DNA of 64,000 nucleotides from contig NC_081379.1 of the NCBI RefSeq assembly GCF_030684315.1, positions 42,468,381-42,532,380 on the forward strand. The letters are read 5' to 3'. This document shows, piece after piece, positions 1 to 9,520 of this stretch. A program made the position numbers and the translations under genes. Source of the stretch: Stegostoma tigrinum. Lineage: Eukaryota. The notes under the pieces were generated by a model that was given only the letters and a program-made list of their open reading frames with translations, was not told the origin of the DNA and ran no database searches. Positions within the stretch are counted from its first letter, which is position 1. The number at the start of each line of letters is the position of its first letter.

Positions 1-504
1 TAGACCAGATTGGGTAAGGTTTAGAAATTCTCTTCCCTCAAGACCATTAGTGAGTCTGAGATGTAATTACCAAAAAATGACACTATCCACTATCAGCAAC
101 GTTGAGACTAGTATTCAGACTCCTATTTATTAATTGAGTTTCAAGTTCCACGAGCTACTATTTGATGCCATATCTACAGAATGTTAGCCTAGGCCTTGGG
201 ATTATTATTTCAGTGACCTTATCACTATATTGCCATCTTCAAAAGCTTTCAGTGTGCTATTTCCACCATTTGGTCAATGTTGGCCAGCCTTCCTTTTGGC
301 CCCTCTGACTCAGCATTATAGACTCGTGGGATCATAAGCCATGGCAGCAAACCTCTTTGTCCAAAGCATCCATGCCAACCAAGTTTCAGAAACAAACTAG
401 TCTCAGGTGAAATGCATTTGGCCCATATCATCTTTGCTCTCTTGTATCTGAATGCTACCCACTGGCAAACACAGGCTACAAGATATCTCAGTACTGACAA
501 AACT

Positions 505-768
505 GGGAAGGTGATAGCCTAACGATGTTGTTAATCCAGAGTCCCAGATAATGTGCTGGGTTAACATGTTCTGATTGTGGTAGATGGTGGAGTCTAGTTC
601 ACTGTTGTCTTTTAGGGAAGTAAGCTGCTGTTCTTAGCAGGAATAGCCTACATGTGACTTCAGAGCCACAGCGATGTGGTTGATTCTTAGCTAGCCTCTG
701 GCTAATTAGGGATGGGTAATAAACGCTGGCCTAACTTATGATACCCACATCCAATCACTAATAAAAAT
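505..768 (+). mobile_element. Shark tRNA-derived SINE (SacSINE1/Deu-domain-like), degenerate
   Basis: Core 'cctacatgtgacttcagagccacagcgatgtggttgattcttagctagcctctggctaattagggatgggtaataaacgctggcc' recurs at ~9210-9520 (+) and inverted at ~16990-17310, ~27590-27900, ~13560-13790 and ~1-240. Family name is from recall. Confidence 0.55.
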
Positions 769-2056
769 GTTCCTGATATGCTGGAGGCCTTCCAGGGTTG
801 ATAGATACTTCAGCATGCTCACAGCTGGAAATGCAACTTCAATTTGGCAGTTTCCCTTTAAAGTCCTGTTCTGAGGAAGGGTCATCAGACAGAAATGTCA
901 ACTGTTTTTTTTTCCTTCACAGATGCTACCAGATCTGTTGAGCTTTTTCCAGCAACTTCTTTTTGTCCCTTTAAAAGTTTTTATTTTTCGTACGACAACA
1001 TAAGATGGCTCTCAAATGAGCTGTTTAACTGACAACTTCTGTTGCACTTTTCCTGCTCTTTTCATTTATTCTTTTCAACATGCAGATCACAAACGTTGAC
1101 AGTTGTCATGTAGTCTAAACGAGGCGGAACAGAACCTCCTTGTAGTTGAATGTCATCCGTCTCAGCCTGTTTACGGGCCCTGCATTGGGTTAAAATGTTA
1201 GTTTATGAGTTGACCAATATTGGGTTTCATCAAGAGGCAACGTTATTCCATTGAGCCTGATAATGACTACTTGCGGTTAACACTCCAAAAAGTGGCGAAA
1301 AATCAACACTTTGAAAACTCGTTTGGTCTCTAGCTAGAAACTACAGTATTTTTAAGAGATTGTTTTTCCACTCAGTCATTCTGATTAAATAAAAAACAGA
1401 TTTCCAATGTCAAAATGGCAGGTGTAAGGAAATGACCTACATTCATAAACCGCAGTTCACAGATTTGGAAAGTGTCCAGGTTTCACTGCCAATAAAATAC
1501 TTTCCAACGGTGGCCTCAACCCCCATGTTGCCATCTATTCCCGATAACCATTCATTCCCCTTAATCTATCTGCCTCCGCCTTGAAAATATTTAGTGATCC
1601 AGCCTCACAGTGCTGTCTCGCGAAGAGAATTCCAAAGACTGCGAGAAAAATAAGTCCTCATTTTCATCTTAAGTGGATGACCCCCTTATTTAAATACCGT
1701 CTTCTACTTCAAGTCCCTACCAAACTAACATTTCACCTCCTCTGCCAACTCTTCTGAATGTGTTGCCTGAATTCCTCTGAGGACTTTTTTTTAAAAAGCT
1801 AGAAGGCACTATTTAAATGTTTGATAATTTCTCCGTATTTTTCACAAATATCAAATAAACGTGTTCCTCCTAGGAAGTGGAATGGACGCGCAGGATAATA
1901 CTACCTTTTAACAAACTCTTGCAAATCCCTGAGCTCAAAAGAAAGTAGCACGTGCAGGAGAGGTACATGCGGGAGTCAGTCAGTATGTGTGAATCGCTAA
2001 TTGCGAATTTTGCCTTTGCATTGTGAGCTACACAGCATTTTGCATACTCGTGGCAT

Positions 2057-2062
2057 TTTATT
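2057..2062 (-). terminator. Polyadenylation signal of IgL gene A
   Basis: AATAAA on the minus strand about 210 nt downstream of the C-exon stop codon. Confidence 0.6.
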
Positions 2063-2270
2063 ATTTAATCCAGGCTAAAAATAATACATTAATACAGCAC
2101 ACGCAAATGCAACGGCGTTACTTTGCTTAAAGATAAGACGGTCACGCACCCTTGCTTTACAAAAAGAGACCAACATTGTAAAAGTTGGATGAGATTCAAA
2201 TTAAGACACGTTATTTTTCAACAGGAGTCCAGAAAAGCCAACATATTTTAACAATATATTTCTTCTTTTA

Positions 2271-2599
2271 TCACATGCAGTTTGATCGCCTGATGCTTTG
2301 CTCAAGCGTGGAGCTGAGGGTCTGGTGTTTTACTCCGCAGGAGTAAAGCTCGTGTGAGCTCCACTCGGAAGCTGGCACGGTGAGGTAACTGCTTAAACTG
2401 TATGTCTGGTCAGAGTCCTGGAGGGTTGAGCTTGTCTGAACGCCGTTCTGCCTGACTTTGCCGTCCACACTCCACACCAGTGTCACCGACTCCGGGTAAA
2501 AATGAGTGACCACACACAATAGCGTCGCCTCGTTGGCTCCTGCAATCTGCTCTGCGCTGGGGGGGAGGAGCGACACTTTGGGCTTGGCTGGCTGACGAC
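2271..2599 (-). CDS. Ig light chain gene A, constant (CL) exon
   Basis: C1-set domain (G)RQPAKPKVSLLPPS..ATLLC..W..YSLSSYL..YSC.VKH..SNCM* with the penultimate interchain Cys. Acceptor ctttctag is at 2607-2600, and phase 1 matches the VJ donor. Confidence 0.95.
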
Positions 2600-2834
2600 C
2601 TAGAAAGGTTAAGCATTGTTTTGAGTTCACTAAGGCACAGTGGTGCATCGAGTTATAAACTGTCAAACCAACATATTTAAACAATTAATGTGTCTGATTC
2701 TGAACAGCAGAGAGACCTTTACCTTCCATGGGTTTATATTTCTATGAAATTTCACTTGGATGCAAATATACCCGTCAGCACATGCAAGAAAACGTACAAA
2801 GCAGAATTTTTTTAAACTGCAAACGGAATGCAAA

Positions 2835-3975
2835 GAACCAAGAAAATTACAGCACAGGAATAGGCCCCACGGCCGTCCAAGCTTGTGCCGATCGAGATCC
2901 TCTGTCTAACCTGTCATCTATTTTCTAAGGGTCTGTATCCCTTTGCTCCCTGCCCATCCATGTACCTGTCCAGGTATATCTTAAAAGACGCTAACGTGTC
3001 TGCATCTACCACCTCCGCTGGCAACACGTTCCAGGCACCCACCACCCTCTGTGTAAAGAACTTTCCACGCATATCTCCCTTAAACTTTCCTCCTCTCACT
3101 TTGAACTCATGACCCCTAGTAATTGAGTCCCCCACTCTGGGAAAAAGCTTCTTGATATCCATCTTATCTATACCCCTCATGATTTTGTAGACGTCGATCA
3201 GGTTTCCCCCTCAAACTCCGTCTTTCTGATGAAAATAATCCTAATCTAGTCAACCTCTCTTCATAGCTAACGCCCTCCATACCAGGCAACATCCTGGTGA
3301 ACCTCCTCTGCACCCTCTCCAAAGCATCCACATCCTTTTGGTAATGTGGTGACCAGAACTACACACAGTACTCCAAATGTGGTCGAACGAAAGTCCTATA
3401 CAACTGTAACACGACCTGCCAACTCTTGTACTCACTACCCTGTTGGATGAAGGAAAACATGCCGTATGCCTTCTTAAATAACAAAGTGTGGGGCTGGATG
3501 AACACAGCAGGCCAAGCAGTATCTCAGGAGCACAAAAGCTGACGTTTCGGGCCGAGACCCTTCATCAGACCCTCTCTGATGAAGGGTCTCGGCCCGAAAC
3601 GTCAGCTTTTGTGCTCCTGAGATGCTGCTTGGCCTGCTGTGTTCATCCAGCTTCACACTTCGTTACCTTGGATTCTCCAGCATCTGCAGTTCCCATTATC
3701 AACAAGCCTTCTTGACCACCCCATTGACCTGCGTTGTCACCTTCAGGGAACAATGGACCTGAACACCCAGATCTCTCTGTTCATCAATTTTCCCGAGGAC
3801 TTTTCCATTTACTGAATAGTTCACTCTTGAATTAGATCTTCCAAAATGCATCACCTCACATTTGCCCGGATTGAACTCCAACTGCCATTTATCTGCCCAA
3901 CTCTCCAGTCTATCTATATTCTGCTGTAATCTCTGACAGTCCCCTTCACTATCTGCTACTCCACCAATCTTAGTT
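2835..3975 (-). mobile_element. CR1-clade LINE (HER1-like) 3' fragment in the gene A J-C intron
   Basis: Minus-strand peptides MEFNPGKCEVMHFG and TRGHEFKVRGGKFKGDMRGKFFTQRVVGAWNVLP are typical of the CR1 ORF2 C-terminus. Interrupted by the insertion at 3476-3705. Confidence 0.9.
3476..3705. mobile_element. Palindromic Penelope-derived short element with hammerhead-like cores
   Basis: Near-perfect inverted repeat with ~90-bp arms and a 5-nt loop (3570-3574). The arms match the 3' terminus of the Penelope copies. Flanked by an 8-bp duplication GCCTTCTT (3468-3475 and 3706-3713). Confidence 0.85.
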
Positions 3976-4127
3976 GGTGGAGTATTCTGTCACTTGAAAT
4001 CTTGCAGGAGAAGGCCGCAGAGTCTGCAAATTGCTCCCGTGGCGCAGATACATTGACTTGGGTTAATAAAGGTTTCTGATCATTTCGGAGAACTAGTTTT
4101 CAAAATCCATATATCGGCAAGGAGGAG

Positions 4128-4194
4128 AGGCCTGTGGCGCAATCGAACAGTGTCGAACTCTGGGAGGCTGCGTGTTCAAATCACGGTAACTTCA
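4128..4194 (+). pseudogene. tRNA-Trp-like relic
   Basis: 'gtggcgcaa' and 'aggctgcgtgttcaaatcacg....ttca' match the 5' end and the T-arm/acceptor region of vertebrate tRNA-Trp(CCA). The anticodon arm is degraded. Confidence 0.55.
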
Positions 4195-4202
4195 CACTCT
4201 AT

Positions 4203-4276
4203 GTTCCAGTAATGTTGTCGTTACGGTATTTGCATAACAGGCGAAAGGAGCCCGGTTCGAAATCGGGTCAAAAACA
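4203..4276 (+). pseudogene. tRNA-Val(AAC)-like relic
   Basis: gttccagtaatgttgtcgtta...taacaggcgaaagg..cccggttcgaaatcgggtcaaaaaca is colinear with vertebrate tRNA-Val (GTTTCCGTAGTGTAGTGGTTA...TAACACGCGAAAGGTCCCCGGTTCGAAACCGGGCGGAAACA). The stems are disrupted. Confidence 0.7.
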
Positions 4277-4294
4277 TCAAATCCGTTCTAAGTT

Positions 4295-4415
4295 GCGGCT
4301 GTTGTGATGCAGTATTACTATCCCTATTCCTCGAAGCTAAGGCCCAGGGGTTTAAGTCTCAATTACTCGGGTAGTGTGTATTTACATCTGTGAACGTGCT
4401 GATTAGAAGATATCC
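4295..4415 (+). mobile_element. Short tRNA-headed SINE, old family
   Basis: A/B-box-like head 'gtgatgcagt..t.tccct...ggtttaagtc'. Related copies are near 5080, 20710, 28180, 37245 and 42280. Confidence 0.4.
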
Positions 4416-7400
4416 AGTTTGGCAAGCAGCAAAAGCGACCACTCGGCATGCTGATAATAAGAGAATACGACATGGCGCAATGTATTTTCTTAATCACAAA
4501 CGAAAACGTGAATTGCTGGGAAAACTCAGCAGGTCTGGCAGAACCGAACAAGAGTCACTGGACACGAAACTTTAGCTCTGCATTCTTTCCAAACATGATC
4601 CACATTCGGAGCGCGAATACTCACCCATCGGACTATTTCCCGTCGAGCATTCCCTATGTATTTCTGCGGACAACTTCAAGCAAAATTCCTCTACACATCA
4701 GGGATGTTATTTCAAATCTGACTACCCGTGACAGAGACTAGCTTCTGTTTCAAACTGCTTAGTGCTAGCAATGTGTACAGACTCCCACTGACATCCAGCA
4801 AAGACAACTACCCCCAAACATTGTACATTTGACACACCCTTAGTCCGGTCAGCCTGACTTGATATGAAGCTAAATATTAGTATATGGCAGTGATATTTAT
4901 TTCGATTGTAATTCACTTCATAGACCTACTTTCTGTTGGTGTGCTGCTGTCTGAAATCAATTGATTAGTTTTGAGGATAATTGAACAATAACGCTTCAGG
5001 ACTTGGTGTAACCACAAGTCAACTCCGAATTACAGGAGACTTGGCTTCTGGATATTCACAAGTGTCGGCAAATTGCATTAGAGCTCCGTGCAGCAGTGAT
5101 AGTGTCCCAACCTCTGAGCGTGCGTTCAAATCCTACCTGCTCCAGGGGTCTATAAACACGCCAATACAAAGGAATCTGCGACAGATTGCACCAATTCGGT
5201 TTTTGATCAAATACCACCAAATATTACCAACGTTGAATAGTCCTTCACGAGGACTTTTAAATGGTTTTAGTTATATTTATAGATTGGGTGTCCGAGGCAT
5301 CGCTCAGTTGAATTTTATTTACATCGATGTAGGCTTCTGACTACATGTCTGAACAAAGTTGGGCAGAACTATCTTACGGGGACAATCAGTTTTATCTGGT
5401 TAACGTTTCCGCTAGGAGGCTCACCGGAAAATTTCCGAACACCTTTACATTCCTTCCCCTGCAACTGTAGCGTTTTCATATTATTTAGATTAACTGTAAA
5501 AAAAGTGCGGCTTTTCTGTTGTTAGCATTCTCCAGCATAACGTCGTCGACGCAGTAAATTCCAAACTACGCTGACCATATATCTTTTATCAGGATCGCCG
5601 TATCCGTTCCAATCAGCCTTTAATGCCAAATTCTGCTGAAAGACCCGATTTTCCGGATATTAGCCAAATCAAAGCTCTACATTTAGACCCAAATAAGAGA
5701 GGGAGATCGGGCAAGTCCCTGGGAGAGTTATTTGGAAGTCAAAATTGAATCTGCCATCCCCACAGTCTTAGGAAGTACATTCCAGACCTTGAAAACACCA
5801 CATCTAAAATATTTCTCCTCCTGACACCTTTGGGTCGTTTACTTTTCACCTTAAATCCGAGTCCTATGATTTGCCATCATGCCAGCAATGGGAACGATTT
5901 CTCCCCAGGAACTCTGCCTAGACACCCCATGATTATGGACGTCCTATCGGCTCCTCAACTTCTTGGGAGAGAACACTCCCTGCTTCTTGAATGAAACCTC
6001 CTCACTGAACTGTAGAGCCATTTTCATGTACGTTACCATTTCAAATCAACCACTAAAACCCTTGTAATCCCTGCCAAAGTTGGGTCGAAAGCACCTGATA
6101 CAGCCAATTCAGTGTTTTCTGAAGGTTCACGCAAAATTCGTTGCTTTTGTAATCCGTTCGTCTATTTTCAGTCCAGGATTCCGAAATCCTTTTTTTTAAT
6201 GTGAAAAAGATGCTCAGTCTGGCCTGTGTTTAAAGGTCTCATCTTGAGCCCTCAAATCCCCGTGCCTCCATCTGTTCCTATGCTCTGTACAATCACGTTC
6301 GTTGTTTCATATTACTTTGCCTTACTCTCCCTCGCACCATGGAACAATTCACACCTCCCTCCATTCAATGTCATCAGACGGGTCACCCTTGAAATTCGTC
6401 ATCATCTTCCTCACAGCTCGCAGTATTCCCAAGATTTTTTCATCCCTAACGTTGCAAATGTACCCACTATATCGAAGTCCAATTTATTCGTACAGAGCGG
6501 TAAGCAGTAATCACAGGGCGATTGCACTGTATACGTTCCTGCAGCCAAGATAGTAACCATTTTCCGCGACTCAGTATTCTATCATTCAGTCCACGCCCTC
6601 GTCACGGTGTTCCTTTTAGTCCATGGGTTTCGCCTTGACCAGCCCTTCTTATCGCTGCCTGATTACTTGGTGTGAGTTAAAAGCCCGCACGTTTTGCCTG
6701 ATAACAGAAACAGTTTCACCCTGTTCCAATTCAGACAATAGGTGGGATAATATTTTGTTGAAATTGGGACGAGATTGGTCTTGGCGCTGTTCCTGGGACA
6801 CGTTCCCTCTGGGATTTGTCTGGGGCTCTGTCGGTAATCTAATTCTATCTGCCGACGTGAAACATTGCCACGAAATCACCCCGATTTACAGCGCTGTTGT
6901 GGGAAAAGATACAACATTGACCCTGTTTCTACATGGTTTCCCTTCGTGTTCCGCAAGGTTCGAGCAGAGATCAGCCAAAGGTCTGTTCTTTACTCACCCG
7001 TGGATGTAGTGTTGGAGTCGGAGGGGTGACGCGGAGAATTTTGGAATATAACGTGTGGGTTGGTTCTCCCGATTGATTCCCATCAACGGGGGCTTTTCCC
7101 GGACGGAACCCCGGTGTTATTGGCGACCCGCTCAGGCAGGAGGGGAGATCTGGGGGAGGGGGGGGCATTAATCCCCATTCGGCACTACGGTGCTATTTCT
7201 TTACCAGAGGCAAGCACACCCGTCTCTCCTATGTGCTCGAAACAGCATGAAGCTTTGTGGCGAAATGCTTCAAGATATAGCTCTCCACCTGCCTCACAGC
7301 TCTCACCTCTCCCCTCTGAGGCTGCCACCATCCGTCCCCAGACGGACCCCAAATGGTCGGTAAGTCTATGGGGCTGGAGCGGGGCTAACTAAACGTCCGC

Positions 7401-7953
7401 TTCCCGCAACGTTAAGCCAGCAAGTGCGAGGTGGTCTTGGGACCCCGGAACGGTTCCCGACTTCCGCCTGCAAAACTATCCCAATCTGCGACCTTTGGGC
7501 CTCGGAATGAGCCGGGCGGTTAATCGGGACACGCGAGGATTGGAAGAGGCTTGAAACTCGACTGAAAAATTAGTTTACGCTTAGCTACGAGCCATTGCTT
7601 GACTTGTATATGAGGGTGTCGGTTAGTTCGGTTGGCTGGATAGCTGCTCAACGCGGGTTCAAAGTTTAGATCGGTTGAAAGTCCCAGCTTTTAACTTATC
7701 CCCTCAGGCCTAAACTGCCCCACTTGTTTCTCTCGAACGTGTGAACCGTCCACTGGCACTGTTACTCTTTTAATGTAGAATTATGACTATCTTTGGAATG
7801 ACCTGAAAGCATAGTTTGTTTTAATAGCGGGAGAAACAGATTGATTCAGGGCAAAACAAAAACTTGTTGGAAATCGACAAAGCGAACATTGCATTTAAAT
7901 TAGGCATCTTAACAAGAAATTTTACTTAGAGGCGTTAAGAATAAGTCACTTAC

Positions 7954-8298
7954 CCGGCACAATCAGCTTGGTTCCGCTACCGAAGTAGCCCACGTTGCTT
8001 TCATCAGTTGAAAAACAGTAATAGTCACCAGCATCCTCCGATTGCACGTTAGTGATAGTCAAATATCCCACGTTGGTTGATTCATCTTCCAGGCCGGTAA
8101 ATCTGTCCGAGATGCCTTCACCTCTTTTATCGGTCCCCTTCAGAATAAATCTTGGGGCGCTGTCTCGCTTCTGCAGGTACCAGTGAACATACCTTTTTGA
8201 AAGGCTGATTCCGTGGACTGTACAGGTCAGGCGAACAGTTTCTCCAGGTGTAGTGGACTCGGAGGCTGGTTGGACCAAGCGGACGTCCGCGCTTGTGT
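7954..8298 (-). CDS. Ig light chain gene A, germline-joined V-J exon
   Basis: V-set domain DVRLVQP..LTC..W YLQK..DRFTG..LTITNVQSEDAGDYYC runs in frame into FGSGTKLIVPG with no RSS between V and J. Acceptor ttttacag; donor gtaagt at 7953. Confidence 0.95.
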
Positions 8299-8469
8299 CT
8301 GTAAAACAGATAAAACATTTCATGATTAATAACCAACTAATGAAAATGCACACCGAACGACGACATTGCGTTCAGATCAAGACACTCTCAGGATTAGATG
8401 CTTGCTTGATTTTATTTTAAAACAATTGTTCATAATGCTAAAGAAATCACACGTTTCGATGACACTTAC

Positions 8470-8515
8470 AGGTCAGACCAAACATGAGCAAGACCAGAGC
8501 AAGAGCGGCGGCCAT
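8470..8515 (-). CDS. Ig light chain gene A, leader exon
   Basis: acaATGG start; encodes MAAALALVLLMFGLT plus 1 nt; donor gtaagt; 171-nt intron. The spliced CDS is 46+345+329=720 nt and open. Confidence 0.9.
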
Positions 8516-8571
8516 TGTGATCGCACTGTTGTAGCAGGAATACACAATCTTTCAGATCAGTGAATGCAACC

Positions 8572-8694
8572 TTTTATATCAAAGGCCGGGGTAACTTAAA
8601 TGTCGCCGTCTTATTAGGTAGGCAAATATATTGTCCTCCCGAAAGTGTCGATTGGCCAACTGAGCAGTATCCAGGTTCTTGTAACCAATTGCAT
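8572..8694 (-). promoter_or_regulatory. Gene A promoter (variant octamer, CCAAT, variant octamer, TATA)
   Basis: Minus strand: ATGCAATT (8694-8687), CCAAT (8655-8651), ATTTGCCT (8627-8620), TATAAAA (8578-8572). Same order as in the gene B promoter. Confidence 0.65.
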
Positions 8695-8982
8695 CAGTCA
8701 CAGTGTTTCCAAACAGGAAATTCAAACGATAGAATGCAACCTGTCCACTCTCCCTCCTCCCCGCTGAGATGTTTCTCTTCACATTATCGCCGCGACTTAA
8801 AGAAAATCAAAAGACTAACATATTTCAATGCTCATATCCAGCAAAACCTCAAATTTGAACAATGGTTATATTTTTAACCAATTGTCCCTTATGATTAGCA
8901 ACTGCAGTCGCGTCATGCATTTAGTTTGTCTTTTAAATCGTTGAAGCTGATTGCTAATTCAAAAATAAATTAATATATAAGC

Positions 8983-9015
8983 GGACTGCTTATTTTGTTA
9001 GGACTGCTTATTTTG
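8983..9015. repeat. Short tandem duplication (18-bp period)
   Basis: ggactgcttattttg occurs at 8983-8997 and 9001-9015. Confidence 0.8.
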
Positions 9016-9209
9016 CACTTAGAAATTGCAGTGAGGCAAGGAGGGTTTCTTTCTATTGTAGAAAGTGCAAAATCCTTTATTGGTATATTTATATATTTCT
9101 AACTGTTTCGATTTTGGTTAATCAGTCAGTGCAACTAGCCCCAAGCCTCGTCTGCAGAATGGCCGATGGATTCAATTCGCTCATCTGAAGTCCCCAGGGA
9201 AGGCGTTGC

Positions 9210-9520
9210 TCCAGTGCTGGACTATTAACCCAGAGAGCCAGATGACTTTCTGGCGACCCGCTTCAAATCCTCCTTCAGCAGATGGAGGAATTTGACTTTA
9301 ATTAAAGCAAAGTCGGGAGTTCCGCGTGTAATGATGACCATGAATTCTTCAGCGATTGTCCGTTAGGGAAGGAAATTGCTATCCTTGCCTGGCCTGGCCT
9401 GCATGCGACTCCAGACCCACAGCAACGTGGTTGACTTTTAACTGTCCTCTGGCCAATTAGGGATGGACAATAAATGCTGACCTACCCACCGATGCCCTTA
9501 TCCCACAAATGAACAGTGAA
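9210..9520 (+). mobile_element. Shark SINE (SacSINE1/Deu-domain-like)
   Basis: tRNA-like head (ttcaaatcc) plus the core shared with the 505-768 copy. Confidence 0.55.

Noticed and set aside
2636-2675. CACAGTG heptamer near the gene A C exon as a possible RSS (others at ~1606, ~8699 and ~50868)
   Set aside because: No ACAAAAACC-like nonamer at 12 or 23 bp spacing, and none adjoins a V or J end.
2600-2684. N-terminal extensions of the ORF-track calls for Ig exons (2271..2684, 7946..8353, 36005..36382, 41174..41533)
   Set aside because: These extensions are intronic or upstream read-through. The true boundaries are set by the splice sites.
3474-3715. Repeated short ORFs 'DEHSRPSSISGAQKLTFRA' as a peptide family or CRISPR-like repeat
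   Set aside because: They are translations of the dispersed Penelope 3' terminus. There is no regular repeat-spacer array, and the DNA is vertebrate.
6560-7010. ORFs 6623..7009 (+) and 6649..6879 (-) as an extra exon or nested gene
   Set aside because: No recognisable domain, no convincing splice context, and stop codons on either side.
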